DNA of 63,856 bases, counting the filler, from Salisapilia sapeloensis CBS 127946 (lineage: Eukaryota > Protista > Oomycota): assembly GCA_023334545.1 (NCBI GenBank). It is 17 parts of 17 records of this genome, joined end to end, with 100 filler letters (N's around TTAATTAATTAA, not from the genome) between each part and the next. Parts side by side here need not be neighbours in the genome. Positions count along the whole stretch, not along the records: positions 44,982 to 52,032 come from JAADVB010000536.1; positions 52,133 to 55,037 come from JAADVB010000820.1; positions 55,138 to 56,159 come from JAADVB010001350.1; positions 56,260 to 58,497 come from JAADVB010000933.1; 13 more parts are not named here. One strand, given 5' to 3'. Below the pieces are notes generated by a model. It did no database searches. It was not told the origin of the DNA and was given only the letters and a program-made list of their open reading frames with translations. Of this stretch, positions 46,325 through 58,597 are shown piece by piece. Made by a program: the position numbers and the translations under genes. Positions within the stretch are counted from its first letter, which is position 1. Each line of letters starts with the position of its first letter.

Positions 46325-46894
46325 TTATAACTCGTCTTCATTCGCCATGCCCATTGTGCTTTTGCAACAGGATAGAGCGATATTCCGACCGTAGGGAATG
46401 TACGACAAGGTGTACCAGATGAGTGCGAGGAACTGGCCAGCGACAGTGAACATGACTAGTAACGCTCGGAAGTGGAAGTTGTCCACGAGACATAGCACAA
46501 GCGTCGTGACCATTAATGCCAAGTACAAAATGGCCGATCCACGCCGTTTCTGACGAAACATAGTCTCGAACTGCTTCATCGGTCCGACGAAAAACATGGT
46601 CGAGGCTAGTGACAGGACATTTCCTAAGGAATACGCCATGGCGAATGGGAATGGATTGCCAGTAGCAAGCTTAAAGAGTCTCAAGGTCGATCCGAGCGAC
46701 AGAATGAGTCCAAGTAGGAAGCACGTGCCGCATCCGATGAGTCGTTCTTGGTAGGACAAATCAGCACATAACGGCGTCGCATCCTGTGCAGCATTCCCAT
46801 TGGGCTCATACTGCTGTTTCTGACGCTGCAGTGGTTCCTCCCCTGCCTCTGGATCTAGCAACCGTTCCTTTTGCTGCTTAATCGAGTCCCACAT
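46325..46894 (-). CDS. SFT2: Vesicle transport protein SFT2 (Got1/Sft2 family)
   Basis: LSYQERLIG, FAMAYSLGN, GPMKQFETMF...R, ALIWYTLSYIPYGR. Confidence 0.92.
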   Translation of the reverse strand: MWDSIKQQKERLLDPEAGEEPLQRQKQQYEPNGNAAQDATPLCADLSYQERLIGCGTCFLLGLILSLGSTLRLFKLATGNPFPFAMAYSLGNVLSLASTMFFVGPMKQFETMFRQKRRGSAILYLALMVTTLVLCLVDNFHFRALLVMFTVAGQFLALIWYTLSYIPYGRNIALSCCKSTMGMANEDEL

Positions 46895-47022
46895 CGTGCT
46901 ACTCGTGTAAAATCTTTTGTTTCATAAAAAAGAAAATCTGAGTCGACGTGTTGTCTGATTCCAAATTGTTTGGTGCTCCATACAAAGACAGTAGGAAGCG
47001 GCAGGCCAGCAAGACTCGACTC

Positions 47023-50000
47023 ATGTCGCTCTTGGAGGCGCAATTCGCGTGCTTTGATGACAATGCCATTACCAGTACGAGTAACGGGAGTACAGGTAGA
47101 CTTGAGAAGGTTGCATACCCTGCGAATGCACCTCTACTAGACGCCAAGAACTTTATAAAAGGTACTCGATTGGCATCTTGTGGATAGGATGATAGGATGG
47201 TTTATTGAGGCAATTGTACAATAGTGCGTGGAGCTGAGTGTACTGGATCTGGTCACTTTTTCTTCCAAACGGAAGCTCTACAAGGACGCTTCATCAGGTA
47301 CTAGTCGTATACACTTTTGTCTAATGCATGACACTCACACACCTTTTAGTTGGCGGATCGTTGGTCATGCAGTTGCTTTGAAAGAATGGAGTTTCCATTC
47401 ATCCTTGTCGGACAACGTTGTCCGTTTAGAATTCCAGTCGCCAGTCGCTCCGAACGGAGTCTTCGTGAGCGAAACGTGGGATGCCAACGCCGTGCTCGTG
47501 TCCGTCGTCACGCAGGCAGGCTGTATCCATCGGTACACGTACTCGCTCCCATCTACACCATCCTCTTCCTTCTTGTCCACATCCTGTCGTCAATCGGACA
47601 AGGATCGCCATGACATCACGAACTCGCTCTCTCCTTCCGAGACCGTCACAAACGCTCTTTGGATCAACGAGTACAATCTCGTCGTCACCAGTGACACTGG
47701 TCGTCTCTTTGGCATCAACTTTGGTGTCCCGCCGATCTCCTCGACGTTGTCACAGATCCAAGAGTTCGCATTCACGGAAACGTCCTCTGCCAAGCGTGTG
47801 TGGAGCAGTTTCCTATGGGGTTCTTCTGACGACACGTCTTCTAGTTCATCTACTAGTCGTATCATTGCCATGTCATGTTTTCCTCTTCAAACACCTTTTA
47901 ACGACGACGAAAGTGGCTTTGTACATGCTCAACCTAGCGACAGTGACGACTTGTGCGTCCTCACACTGTCCAGTGACTTAGTCTTGAAAGCATACTCATA
48001 CACGCACCAGTGCTGTCTCGGAAGACAGCCTCTGCATCAGACACTCAGTTCCTCTGGCTCCGATTTTTTCATGGATGAATTTACGACCGTTTCTGTCGGT
48101 CAAATGGAAGCACTGCCGCCGACATCTAGTGACAACATCCGTCTCCTCCTCCATCTCAATACGTCCCATCCGCTCGTATCTCGTCAGATCTTCTTGCTTA
48201 AAGGAGAAGTCGATCCATCATCTATGCTCTCGACCTCTAGTGCCATGCAAGTGAACGTCGCCCGTGTCCTCGGCGTCTCTCCATCGACGGACGAACGACT
48301 CAAACTGGTCGATTTCCAAGTGCATGATAAGAACCTGTATTCGATCTGGCAAACACCTTCCGGTACGGATTTCATCTTCTTCCATCCGTCGGTGCTGTCC
48401 AGGACTGGTCCTCGGATCGTCGAAGCAACCCTCGTGTCGGACATGCGACATCGGATGCAGCAAGAAGCACAGCACGACTTGGAACTCGCGTTGGACATTG
48501 GAGAAGACGCCATGTCCTCTATCGATGACTACTTTTGTCGTCGTATCCTCCTACCGAACCGCTTCAGTCGCAAGGAACTGTATCTAGCTCTTCACGACTA
48601 CGAGTCGTCTCTCTACAACTCTCACCTCGACTCGTTCTTCCAACGCTCTCACGTCGATGATGCGCAAGTCAAGGACATTCTCCAGACGATCGTACAGGAA
48701 CAGACGAACCACGCGATGAAAGCACTTGGACAAAAGGTCCATCCGCACGAAAAGCAACAACTGCACATTCGTACGTATCAGGACCTCTTGCATCGCTTGC
48801 ACCACTACTGGAGCAAAGAGAGTGCTCCTCTCGGCATCGTCGCACACCCGTCTGCGCCGTACGTTGCCATCATCCGGTACAATCGCCAGAGTCTCGTCTC
48901 CAATCGTCTCCAGCTCCAGTCGTCGATGGACACCGACGAGGTCGTAGCGTTGCACACGGAGGTGTTACCACGCATGGATGCCATCCAGAGCACACCTCTG
49001 CGTCTCCTCGTCACACGTCGCTTTGCCGAACTCTCGAGTGACGACAAGAGTGAAAGCACACTAGCTAGTGCTCTCCACTGCATCCATTTGTCTCTCCAGA
49101 CGTCTGATAAGGACGCGACGAAGAGTATGTTAGCCTTGTACCAGTCTATCGGACAAGCAGATGACGAGACACAGGTCAAGACCTTGTCGAGCATCATCGA
49201 TAACACATCTGCGTCGAGTATCGAGACACCTCCGTCCAAGGCGCAAGTATCTTCGATGCACATCGGTCGAGAGATGGCGCAGTGGCTGTCGGAACTAACG
49301 AAACAAGAGGTGGAAGCAGGCAGTCGCCACGCTCTGCGCTGTCTTCTGCTCATGGCACAAATCGTCGAGATGAAACCAACGTACCTACCGTCCATCCTTC
49401 AGATCGAAAACAACCTCCTACCGCGTGCTGTCAAGAGCTACGAGAGGTGGCAAGTAGCATCAGCACTCGCGTCTTCCAGTCTCTTGGACGACTTCCTCCT
49501 AGAGCTTTCTGCCGATGAGAACATCACGTCCTACCCTTCGCTCGTCCAACGTGCCATCCAGGAACTCGTATCCTGCGGCACGACGCTTGTAACGTACTTG
49601 GAGAAACAGCAGTCGCACGTCTTCCTCCGGCAGCTCGCATCTCTCCATGCCCCGACGCAAGGCGCGTATCGTCAATGGATTGCCGAGTGTCTGTCTCGAC
49701 AAGGCAAGGTGCTGTCGAGTAAGAGCAAGCCTAGCAAAAGCGACAAGGATCGAGCGGACTGGTGCTTCACGCAAGCCATCTCGAACTATCGTGTAGCTCT
49801 TCTATCTTCCAGTGACCACTCGTGTCTCGACCATGCTCTCTCGCTTCTAAAAGAGACGCTCCCGACGTCCTTCCACCCGTCCTTCCTTCAACTCTTGTGG
49901 GAATTGTCAGCGCACTTTGATGCAGATGAAGGTGTTTGGTTGAATCTATTCAAGTATAGCGTCGAGGCAGATCGTCTAGAGGATGCACACTTGGCACTCT

Positions 50001-51229
50001 GCCATATCCTTCGTCTAGATGACTCGGAACGGATGTGGAAGACAGGGAAGGAAGCGTGCCATTACCTCGTCAAGGAAGCATGTAGTCGTAGCTATCAAAA
50101 GTTCGTTTGTGAAACAAAGTGGGGAGAGCTAGAGGATGAGGTGGAGCTCCAGTTGAGATGGCAAGCAGCACACGCGACGCTTGTAGACAAGGGACTCGTA
50201 TCGGATACCGGCGTTCGACACTTTTACCTCCTCCAAGCCTTCTACTCTAGTCGAGGAGCGACGAAGAATGCTGCGACGGCCATGTACTCTCTTGCCTATC
50301 GTCTCTCCACGACACAGCAATTGGCCATGGAAGGCGTGCAAAAGAGCTTGTACGTCCAGGCGAATGCGTTGCTCCGATGCAAGGAGATGCTACAGCAGCT
50401 CCCAAAAACTGCTCGTGGCATTGAAGAAGTCATCGCACCATCGGTGGATCATGTCATCGTCGTGTCTATGGATGACATGGAAAAAGAAGTGAGTGTCCTA
50501 AAAGGTAAGATTCGACTACTGCAGCTCGGTTTCCAAGAGAAATTGGTGCTTGTCGCTGTCGGACCGGAGGAAGTCGTGAGTCTCTTGGCACAAGTCGCTT
50601 TCAAGTGTACGATCGTAAGTGGCAGTGATGAGCGACGACAAAAGGAGAGTGTCAAGGCCGTGGAATTGGCGGTGGACATCACTCGGAAGCATCAGCTCGA
50701 CTTTGGTAGACTCACTCATCCATTAGCACTTGCATGCATGAGCTACGTCCAGGAGACTGGCACGAAAGGACTCTCGTGGTCGCTTCTGGAACGATACTTG
50801 TCGTCCGTCGATGATGTGAAGCAGTGTATCATCGCGGCAGAAACCATCTTGAGCTACCCAACATTCAAGATTGAGCTGCCAGACTTTGTCTACGAGCCGC
50901 TGATCGCCAAGGACTCGGGGCACCCAAGTAAACTCTTGCAGATGTACCTGTCAAATGGTATGGTGCTCCAGGCACTCGATGTGTGTGATCGAATGGTGCC
51001 GGATAGTATGAACCGAAAGGACTTGCCGTACCTTCCGTACGACTTGCTGGATGTGACACTTAATGCTGCGGAGGAAGCGCTGGCGAGTCGACGAGCTGCG
51101 TCGAGTGACAGCGAAAGGAGACTCCAGGACGGTGTAAGCAAGGTTCGGTCGAAGCTGACGGCGTATTTCGAGTTTATACTGGCGATGGAAGAAGCGAATG
51201 CAAGTGATGGCATGGCACTTGTGGAATGA
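47023..51229 (+). CDS. NUP160: Nucleoporin Nup120/Nup160 (two short 5' introns)
   Basis: About 1350 aa. Spliced N-terminus MSLLEAQF.../...GRFISWRIVGHAVALKEWS; C-terminal WLNLFKYSVEADRLEDAHLAL and FYLLQAFYSSRG...AATAMYSLAYRL match the Nup160 pattern. Confidence 0.75.
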
Positions 51230-51603
51230 AAAGGTAGATGGAGATCAAACAAGTATTTTCATTTACGTCTTTACTATGTACTTTGTATTGGAAACTCAGG
51301 ATTCCGAGTGGCTTCATTTTATAGCTGCTCCGTTTAGATATTGCAACTTTTTTCAGCCGAACGAGACCTAAAAAGGTGCATCATCGTTTCCTACTTGTCT
51401 TGCTACGCTACGAACAAATTCGATTATGGAGATACTGGCAGCGTGCTCGAGGTAGTGGATCGATGCCTGCCAATGCCTTTTCAACCAATTAACACCGGTT
51501 TAGTTAACAAGATGTAGAGCTTTACACTTGATAAGTGTATTCTTCGTTATAAACGTTTCGAACGAATTTGAACTGTTAAAAATCAATCTGATAATTGACC
51601 GAC

Positions 51604-52032
51604 ATGAAGAGCGCCATGAGGAGCTTGAGGTCTCGTAAGCGAATGCATGGAGATACCTCGACTGCAATCGTGCAATCCAGCTCGATCACAACGGAGAGTT
51701 CACCTGATGTTAAGAAAAAGAAGAAAACGGCCTCTAAGAAGAATGCTAAAGGAACGAATGTGGTCATGTTGACAGCACCAGAGTCGGTGGACACAACGAC
51801 GGAAAAGGTTCTATTTGAGTACGAACACTTGCGTCCTGCGCGTCTCATCAAGAGGTACAAGCGCTTCCTTGCCGATGTCGTGCTTTTACGTCCGAATGAA
51901 GACGAAGCACTGGATGACCAAGTGATCACCGTCTATTGTCCAAACACGGGGCCCATGGTCGGCTTGCTCGACACCCCGAACGCCCGCGTCCAACTCTCCA
52001 GGAGCAACGACACCAAACGCAAGTACGCGTAT
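51604..52032 (+). CDS. sfsA: SfsA (sugar fermentation stimulation) family nuclease with Lys-rich N-terminal extension (3'-partial)
   Basis: [14 protein letters not shown]...[13 protein letters not shown]...[15 protein letters not shown] is the SfsA N-terminal signature. Confidence 0.9.
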
Positions 52033-52132
52033 NNNNNNNNNNNNNNNNNNNNNNNNNNNNNNNNNNNNNNNNNNNNTTAATTAATTAANNNNNNNNNNNN
52101 NNNNNNNNNNNNNNNNNNNNNNNNNNNNNNNN

Positions 52133-52279
52133 AATCGATAAATCGCTCATAGTATCTGGTTTGTCGGCGCCAAAAATCGACACCTTTTGATCATCTTCCA
52201 TCCCACTTGTACTGTTATCTTCTTCCGCCATCGTCGTGACCATTAAGAGCACGACTGTCAGGAAGAGCGTGTGATGCAT
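52133..52279 (-). CDS. Possible 5' end of a secreted protein (3'-partial)
   Basis: MHHTLFLTVVLLMVTTMAEEDNSTSG... is signal-peptide-like and open to the contig edge. Confidence 0.4.
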
Positions 52280-53363
52280 GATCCTCTTGGCGTGCTTGTA
52301 GAGAAGTGAAAATGGAATGGAAGCAGGAAGCAGGAAGAGAAAACAAGTTTCGAACTTGTGTTATCGTCGGCCATGCCTTCCCTGACTTACGATGTACTCG
52401 TGCATTCCATTTCTTTGAGAAGTACATTCAGGATGCCCTCGGCTTATCCGAGTAAGAAGAGTACCAAACCAATATTTCCCAAATTCTATTAGTTCCCCTA
52501 TCCTATTGAAACGACTTTGCCACAACTAGAAGCTGTCTCGTCTAGTGTTTTTTACAAAGAATTTATAAACTTATTTATATTTTATTTATTATTAACCTCT
52601 GTGGAAACCTACTGGACTATCCTGTCTAAAGACAGGTGAGTCTCGTCCAGTGCACCCGACTAGAGGAAGCCGTAAAGTTGTGCAAACTGCAGTGCTGACA
52701 TCTTACTGAACCATCTATGCACACGGATGAAAATGAAGCGTCATTGAAGTAGACTACACTTTGAATACGTCGACATGCCTGTAGACATACACGTTCGCTT
52801 ATAGAATGAATGGAAGTGCCTGTACAACGGGAACACTCGTGTTCTTCGCGTACACCCGCTTTTCAAGCCACTGAGTATGAAAGGGTCTTGGAGTTTAGTG
52901 GACGCGAAGAAGTAATTCATGAAGCTTGTATAGGCTGCTACTACATGTGTCGATTGACGTGACCAAAAACAGGAGTTGGGAGCATGATGTCTTGACCGAG
53001 ACCTACAAGCTTTGTGGTTGAACACGAGCCTCTAATTAGCCAAAGAGATGTGTCTCTTTGTTCAGTGACAGCTTTCATAAAGTAGATTGTTGTAGTGTTC
53101 CTCGTGAGCTTGCCTTTCATTTTATTTGGCAGGCTGACGAGTCGAATGCACTGCCTATTTATAAACAAAACGCTTCATTGAGCACCACACATCAGCGGAG
53201 ATCAGTCTTTGGACATTTGACTCGTTGAAGATGCAACTTGAAGGAGTGCGTTCAGTAACGGATTGCTGTCAGCACACTAAACTGCTTTCAGCTCTTGGCT
53301 CCCATCTGAATCCTATCTTCATTCTCCGTCTTGCTCTCGAGCTCGCAGGATTCCACTTTAACC

Positions 53364-55025
53364 ATGAAATTCGTCACGTCTGCAATCGTGGGTGCGTTGC
53401 TGAGCTCACTTGTATCTTCTGATGAGACTCCAGCGGTAACACTCGCTAACGGCACATACTACGGTGTCCACCAGCCGACGTACGATCAAGACCTGTTCCT
53501 TGGGATGCCATTCGCTCAACCTCCTGTCGGCGATTTGCGGTTTCGGAACCCAGCACCGCTCAACGAAACTTGGCCCGAGCCCAGAGCTGCTACTGAATAT
53601 TCGCCCGAGTGCTACGGCTACGGAAGTGACCAATGGGTAATTGGTAACGTCGTGTCGGAAGACTGCTTGACACTGAACGTCATCCGCCCGAGTGGCGTCG
53701 AGACCGGTGCCAACCTTCCTGTGGCAGTGTGGATTCACGGAGGTGGGTTCGTCATGGGCGGATCGATGGATCCTAGATACAACATGTCTTTCATGGTCGA
53801 CCAGTCTGTCCAAATGGACAAGCCGATGATCGGTGTGAGCATCAACTACCGCTTACAAGCCTTTGGTTACATTTGGGGAAGCGAGGTAGAGAAGGCTGGC
53901 GTCGCTAACTTGGCGCTGAAAGACCAGCGTCTAGCACTCCACTGGGTTCAAGAGAACATCGCATCCTTCGGGGGTGACCCCAGCAAAGTGACCGTCTTTG
54001 GTGAGAGCGCTGGTGCTTTCAGTGTAGGATACCAATTAATAGCGTATGGTGGACGTGATGATAATCTCTTCCGCGCAGCTATCATGGAGTCTGGAGCTGC
54101 AGCAAGTGGTGAAGCTTCTTATACGTCAGCCTCCGAATGGGACGCCTACTTCAACAACATTACGGACGCTGCGAACTGCAGCTCAGCTGACGATGCACTT
54201 GACTGCCTTCGGCAAGTGCCGATTGATGCTCTAAATGACATTCTGAATAGCTCTGTCACCGCTGAAGCACAATTCGGTGCTCAGATCGATAATGACTTTG
54301 TACAGGATGCTGGTGTTAACCTCTTGGACAACGGTCAGTTTGTCCATGTTCCCATTATGCAAGGCGCAAACCACGATGAAGGTGCTTCCTTTGGACCCAA
54401 AGGCATCAACACGACGGAGCAGTTTATCGACTTCCTTATGACATCTGGAAATGATGCGGTGCAGGCTGCCATTCTGACTGAAATGTATCCTGACATTCCC
54501 GAAATTGGTATCCCTGGTACACTGGATGGACGACCAGTCGGAACTCCATACGGAGATATGTACAAGCGATCCTGTGCTTATGTCGGGGACAAAATGATGC
54601 ACGCCCCTCGTCGATACACAGCGAAGACGTGGGCCGCGAACAACGTTACGAACTACAACTATGATTGGAATGTACGAGTGAACAACTTTAGCGAATATCA
54701 AGGCGCTGGACACTTCCAAGAAGTAGCCTTTGTCTTTTACAACATCGACGGCGTCGGGTACCAAAACGCCGTGGCTAAGAATCCTTTTGAAGGCATGCCA
54801 GAGACGTATGAGCAGCTCGCTCGCATGATGTCTCGCATGTGGATCAGTTTCTTTGCGGATATGACGCCCAACAACAACGGTGTATCCGCGGTGGAGTGGC
54901 CGGAGTACACGACAGAAGATCCGCAAATGATCTTCTTCGATACCAACGTGACTGATTTGGCCTACACTGACTACGATGTGTACCGTGCTGAAGCCATCGA
55001 CTACATCTTTGATACTCTGCACTAG
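53364..55025 (+). CDS. Secreted type-B carboxylesterase/lipase (fungal-lipase-like), intronless
   Basis: Signal peptide; FAQPPVGDLRF, SEDCLTLN, WIHGGG, GESAG (catalytic Ser), GANHDEG (Glu), GHFQEV (His). Confidence 0.95.
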   Translation: MKFVTSAIVGALLSSLVSSDETPAVTLANGTYYGVHQPTYDQDLFLGMPFAQPPVGDLRFRNPAPLNETWPEPRAATEYSPECYGYGSDQWVIGNVVSEDCLTLNVIRPSGVETGANLPVAVWIHGGGFVMGGSMDPRYNMSFMVDQSVQMDKPMIGVSINYRLQAFGYIWGSEVEKAGVANLALKDQRLALHWVQENIASFGGDPSKVTVFGESAGAFSVGYQLIAYGGRDDNLFRAAIMESGAAASGEASYTSASEWDAYFNNITDAANCSSADDALDCLRQVPIDALNDILNSSVTAEAQFGAQIDNDFVQDAGVNLLDNGQFVHVPIMQGANHDEGASFGPKGINTTEQFIDFLMTSGNDAVQAAILTEMYPDIPEIGIPGTLDGRPVGTPYGDMYKRSCAYVGDKMMHAPRRYTAKTWAANNVTNYNYDWNVRVNNFSEYQGAGHFQEVAFVFYNIDGVGYQNAVAKNPFEGMPETYEQLARMMSRMWISFFADMTPNNNGVSAVEWPEYTTEDPQMIFFDTNVTDLAYTDYDVYRAEAIDYIFDTLH

Positions 55026-57365
55026 ATATGTCGACTGNNNNNNNNNNNNNNNNNNNNNNNNNNNNNNNNNNNNNNNNNNNNTTAATTAATTAANNNNNNN
55101 NNNNNNNNNNNNNNNNNNNNNNNNNNNNNNNNNNNNNAGATTGTGATAGCAGTCTGTCGCCTGAGATTCAATGAGTTAGCTTTTGTAGAAGGTAAAAGAT
55201 GGTGTTCGTCGTGACGATGGAGCGATCTGTTTGCTCACTGTCAACTTAGTAGCGTCAGCGTACAGAGACGATTGGTGACTCGTTCCCTTCAAGCTGAAAT
55301 TATTGATGCATAAGTTTATCTCACCTTCTTGAGTGCTGATTGCAAGATTAAACGACTTTACACTTACATGTATCAAAACCATGAAGAAGTCGATTGAGAG
55401 GCGCTCAAGCACCACACACAAGCTTATGAGCTATTAGTTTAGCTCCACATTCAATCGCTGTGCTGAGACGAAGAAAGGCACACATCCATCGAACGATCCA
55501 CCGATTTGAAACGCTCTGGGTTTCTACTGGGATGTGAATTGTCATGAATGGATGAAATTTTCGTTTTAAGCGTCTTCCAAGAAAGGAAGCAGTTTGCAAA
55601 TCACTCAAATACTCTTTAGTGCTCACGTTAAATTTGTAGACCTTTCATAGACCTTCGTGGTTTCCTTCTCGTGGAGCTATCTATGTCGATGATATGACCT
55701 GGTGTGAACGGCTAAGAGCTTGTCAGAAAAATGCTATATAGTATCTTAGGTGTAGATTACCAGTCGATATCTTCCATTTGCTTTTTCTGTGGTGAATGCA
55801 TGCTGTATCTGAGTACGGAAGCAGTGGGATGAGAGCTTGTAAATCTGATGTGAATGCTAATGTTAACAAGTACACGACGGCCTGCTTATCTCCCGACCAC
55901 ATAAGCGGGTAATGTCCTTTCTCTTGATGCGATGAGTCAGCTGTTTTACAGTCGAAATGCCTAGCATTGAATTGAAAAGCGAGGGCAGCTTCATTATGCT
56001 TGGTCTCTTTATATTGTTAAGGTCGTACAGGTATATGCCTGTGCATGGTGCTAAGCTCTTTCTAGCGTGTGCGTGTTTAAGGTAACCGGCAAGTTGGATG
56101 AAGTGATAGGATGATCAAACTATCTGATGACAGACGAGACGTACGGGCGATCAATGATGNNNNNNNNNNNNNNNNNNNNNNNNNNNNNNNNNNNNNNNNN
56201 NNNTTAATTAATTAANNNNNNNNNNNNNNNNNNNNNNNNNNNNNNNNNNNNNNNNNNNNTCAAGTTTCCGAGCCAATGAGAAGGTCCTCAGGTGGAGGTG
56301 GTCGAGGTAGTGACGACAAGTTCCATACGATGATTGAAAACGTGTGGAGGGGTAGCATTTCCGAGCTTTCTCTTAACAATAATGAGCGTGGTCGGCAACT
56401 AGCGTAGCTGAAAATGACAGAGCAGAGACTTCGACATGACGGCCCAACTTTGTAAGCTGAACAGAGAGGCGAATTGTGATGCTTCAATGCAGTTACGTCG
56501 TACTAAATTTGAATGCATTGGAAATAGTCTTTGAGTAAGTGGTATCTTTCGTCTACCTGCTTTGGATTTATATTCTTTATAAATACAATTGCTCTTAGTA
56601 GTTCGAACTACGGTTTCTTAATCCTTTTGATAAGGTTATTGACACCTTGTCTACTGGCGATCTACGCTTTCACGACCATACTAGACGGGTTCGTTCACTG
56701 ACTCTGCTCCTACTTTGTCGTAATCGAAAGATATCTGCTCACGACCTCTCACCTCGTCACCCAACACGTCCATCGTGATGCGTCCCGCCTTCATTTTAGG
56801 AAGTAGACCCATGGTTAGCTGTAAAGCTTTGACAGTCTATTTGAGCTTATACGAGCAATTTAACACAATCTCGGTCAATGAAATCTTTCCGGATATAAGT
56901 GCTCAATGTGAAAAGCTAAGATTGTACTCAGATAGCAGCAGCCGGTAGTGGACGACCAGTACTCTTTCAATCACCCGGAATATTTGAAAGTCAGTCGAAT
57001 GGGTGCAGACATGCTTAAGGATCTCAAGCACAGACTATATTTAGCAGTTATGCATGCTCCAGATCAAAGTGATATCTGCATTGCTCGAAATATGCTTATC
57101 GGTGCTGCCAGCCACATACCAAATAACTCTACAATACAAAGTTGGCGCGAACAAGAAACACGAGTAAACCTTCATTTCAAGTATCGAATTTCTTGGTAAT
57201 AAATGCATCCAAGTACGTCCGAAATGTCACGACAAATCGAACTCTCCAGCAATATCACATTTTCACAACAATTTCATTTTTAAGCTTAAGCTAGCATGAG
57301 ACAAAATTGAGCTTAGCCTTGGACCCTTTCTGCGCATATTGTTGTCTTGGACAAAGTTTCATGCC

Positions 57366-58403
57366 TTACAATGAGGAAGCAGAGTCATTCGATGCAGTCG
57401 AGACTATCGGGGCTTGACCTTGGCTGACAAAGTATCCGTTGTTCCACAACAGCCTGAAGTGTTCGGGGAAGAAGTCCCCTGCGCGAGGTCCAATTAAGCT
57501 GTCATTGCTTTGACCAGTGCACTCTCCGTCGCTCTCACCTGGTATCTTGGCATAGACAAAGAATTCGAGGTTATCAAATCCAGTGTCAGTAGTGGGTGGA
57601 TGACCGATACCACCAAAGTCGGCATTGCACCATTCCGTGCTGGGCGGGTTCTGATTAAAGTTTCGGGAAGTATCAACGATACACCCAACATCGTTCACAT
57701 CCCCACCAGATTTTGTGTACGCTTCCTTGAAGTTTGAGCAACTAACGCTCATTTCGGAGTTTGGACGGTAGTTATCGCTGTTCAGCATGATACCTTTGAT
57801 GTTCCTGTTGGAGATATCAGATAGCTTTTTGACAACCTTTGCAACTTGGTCAGTCTGCTCACCGCCTGTGAGCGTCCAGTACCCAACATCCGAGTAAATA
57901 TCAGCATTCGGATTGGATGCCAGAATCTCCATACCAGCGACCATATTTTCTTCATAGTTGTTCTCTGCTGCACACGATGCAGAAGCAAGTAGTCCAACAG
58001 CATCAGGCTCATACACGTACAAGACCGGACGGTCACCAACAGCGTCAACAAGTTGCTGAATGAAGTTCAAGTAGTCTGCCTGGTTCTTGTTGCTTCCGTT
58101 GTTTGAGAAGTCTGCATCGCAGTCCTTGTTTGGCAGCCCATAGACGATGATAGTTAGCCTCTGGGATGTATCAGAACAAGCGCTAATGAGCTCATTGAGA
58201 CTAGCCGTGTAATCAGAGTTGTCAGTGTACCACATCGAGACACCTTGTGCAGCAACAGTTTTCAAAGCCGTTGCCATCTCCGGGTATTGAGTCATAGCTT
58301 TAGAGTACGAGTGTGGCATGTATGAACAGAACTCTTCGCCGGAAACAATAGACACGCTGAGCGCTGCCATTGCTAACAGTGCAGTTTTAAACTCTCGTAG
58401 CAT
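57366..58403 (-). CDS. Secreted glycoside hydrolase family 6 (cellulase-like), catalytic domain only
   Basis: Signal peptide; YGLPNKDC, YEPD (catalytic acid), DTSRN, WCN, KIPGESDG.C, AGDFF. Confidence 0.92.
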   Translation of the reverse strand: MLREFKTALLAMAALSVSIVSGEEFCSYMPHSYSKAMTQYPEMATALKTVAAQGVSMWYTDNSDYTASLNELISACSDTSQRLTIIVYGLPNKDCDADFSNNGSNKNQADYLNFIQQLVDAVGDRPVLYVYEPDAVGLLASASCAAENNYEENMVAGMEILASNPNADIYSDVGYWTLTGGEQTDQVAKVVKKLSDISNRNIKGIMLNSDNYRPNSEMSVSCSNFKEAYTKSGGDVNDVGCIVDTSRNFNQNPPSTEWCNADFGGIGHPPTTDTGFDNLEFFVYAKIPGESDGECTGQSNDSLIGPRAGDFFPEHFRLLWNNGYFVSQGQAPIVSTASNDSASSL

Positions 58404-58597
58404 ACTTCAGTTGGTTGTAGGTTTCTGGATGTGCTTGATCCGGCGCAAAATGGAAAATGAACATGGCATGAAGATTTGATGAGCTGCAACGTTTAAANNN
58501 NNNNNNNNNNNNNNNNNNNNNNNNNNNNNNNNNNNNNNNNNTTAATTAATTAANNNNNNNNNNNNNNNNNNNNNNNNNNNNNNNNNNNNNNNNNNNN

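Noticed and set aside
55138-57300. Short ORFs on contig 55138-56159 and upstream part of the GH6 contig
   Set aside because: No motifs, splice support or repeat structure; treated as non-coding or decayed.
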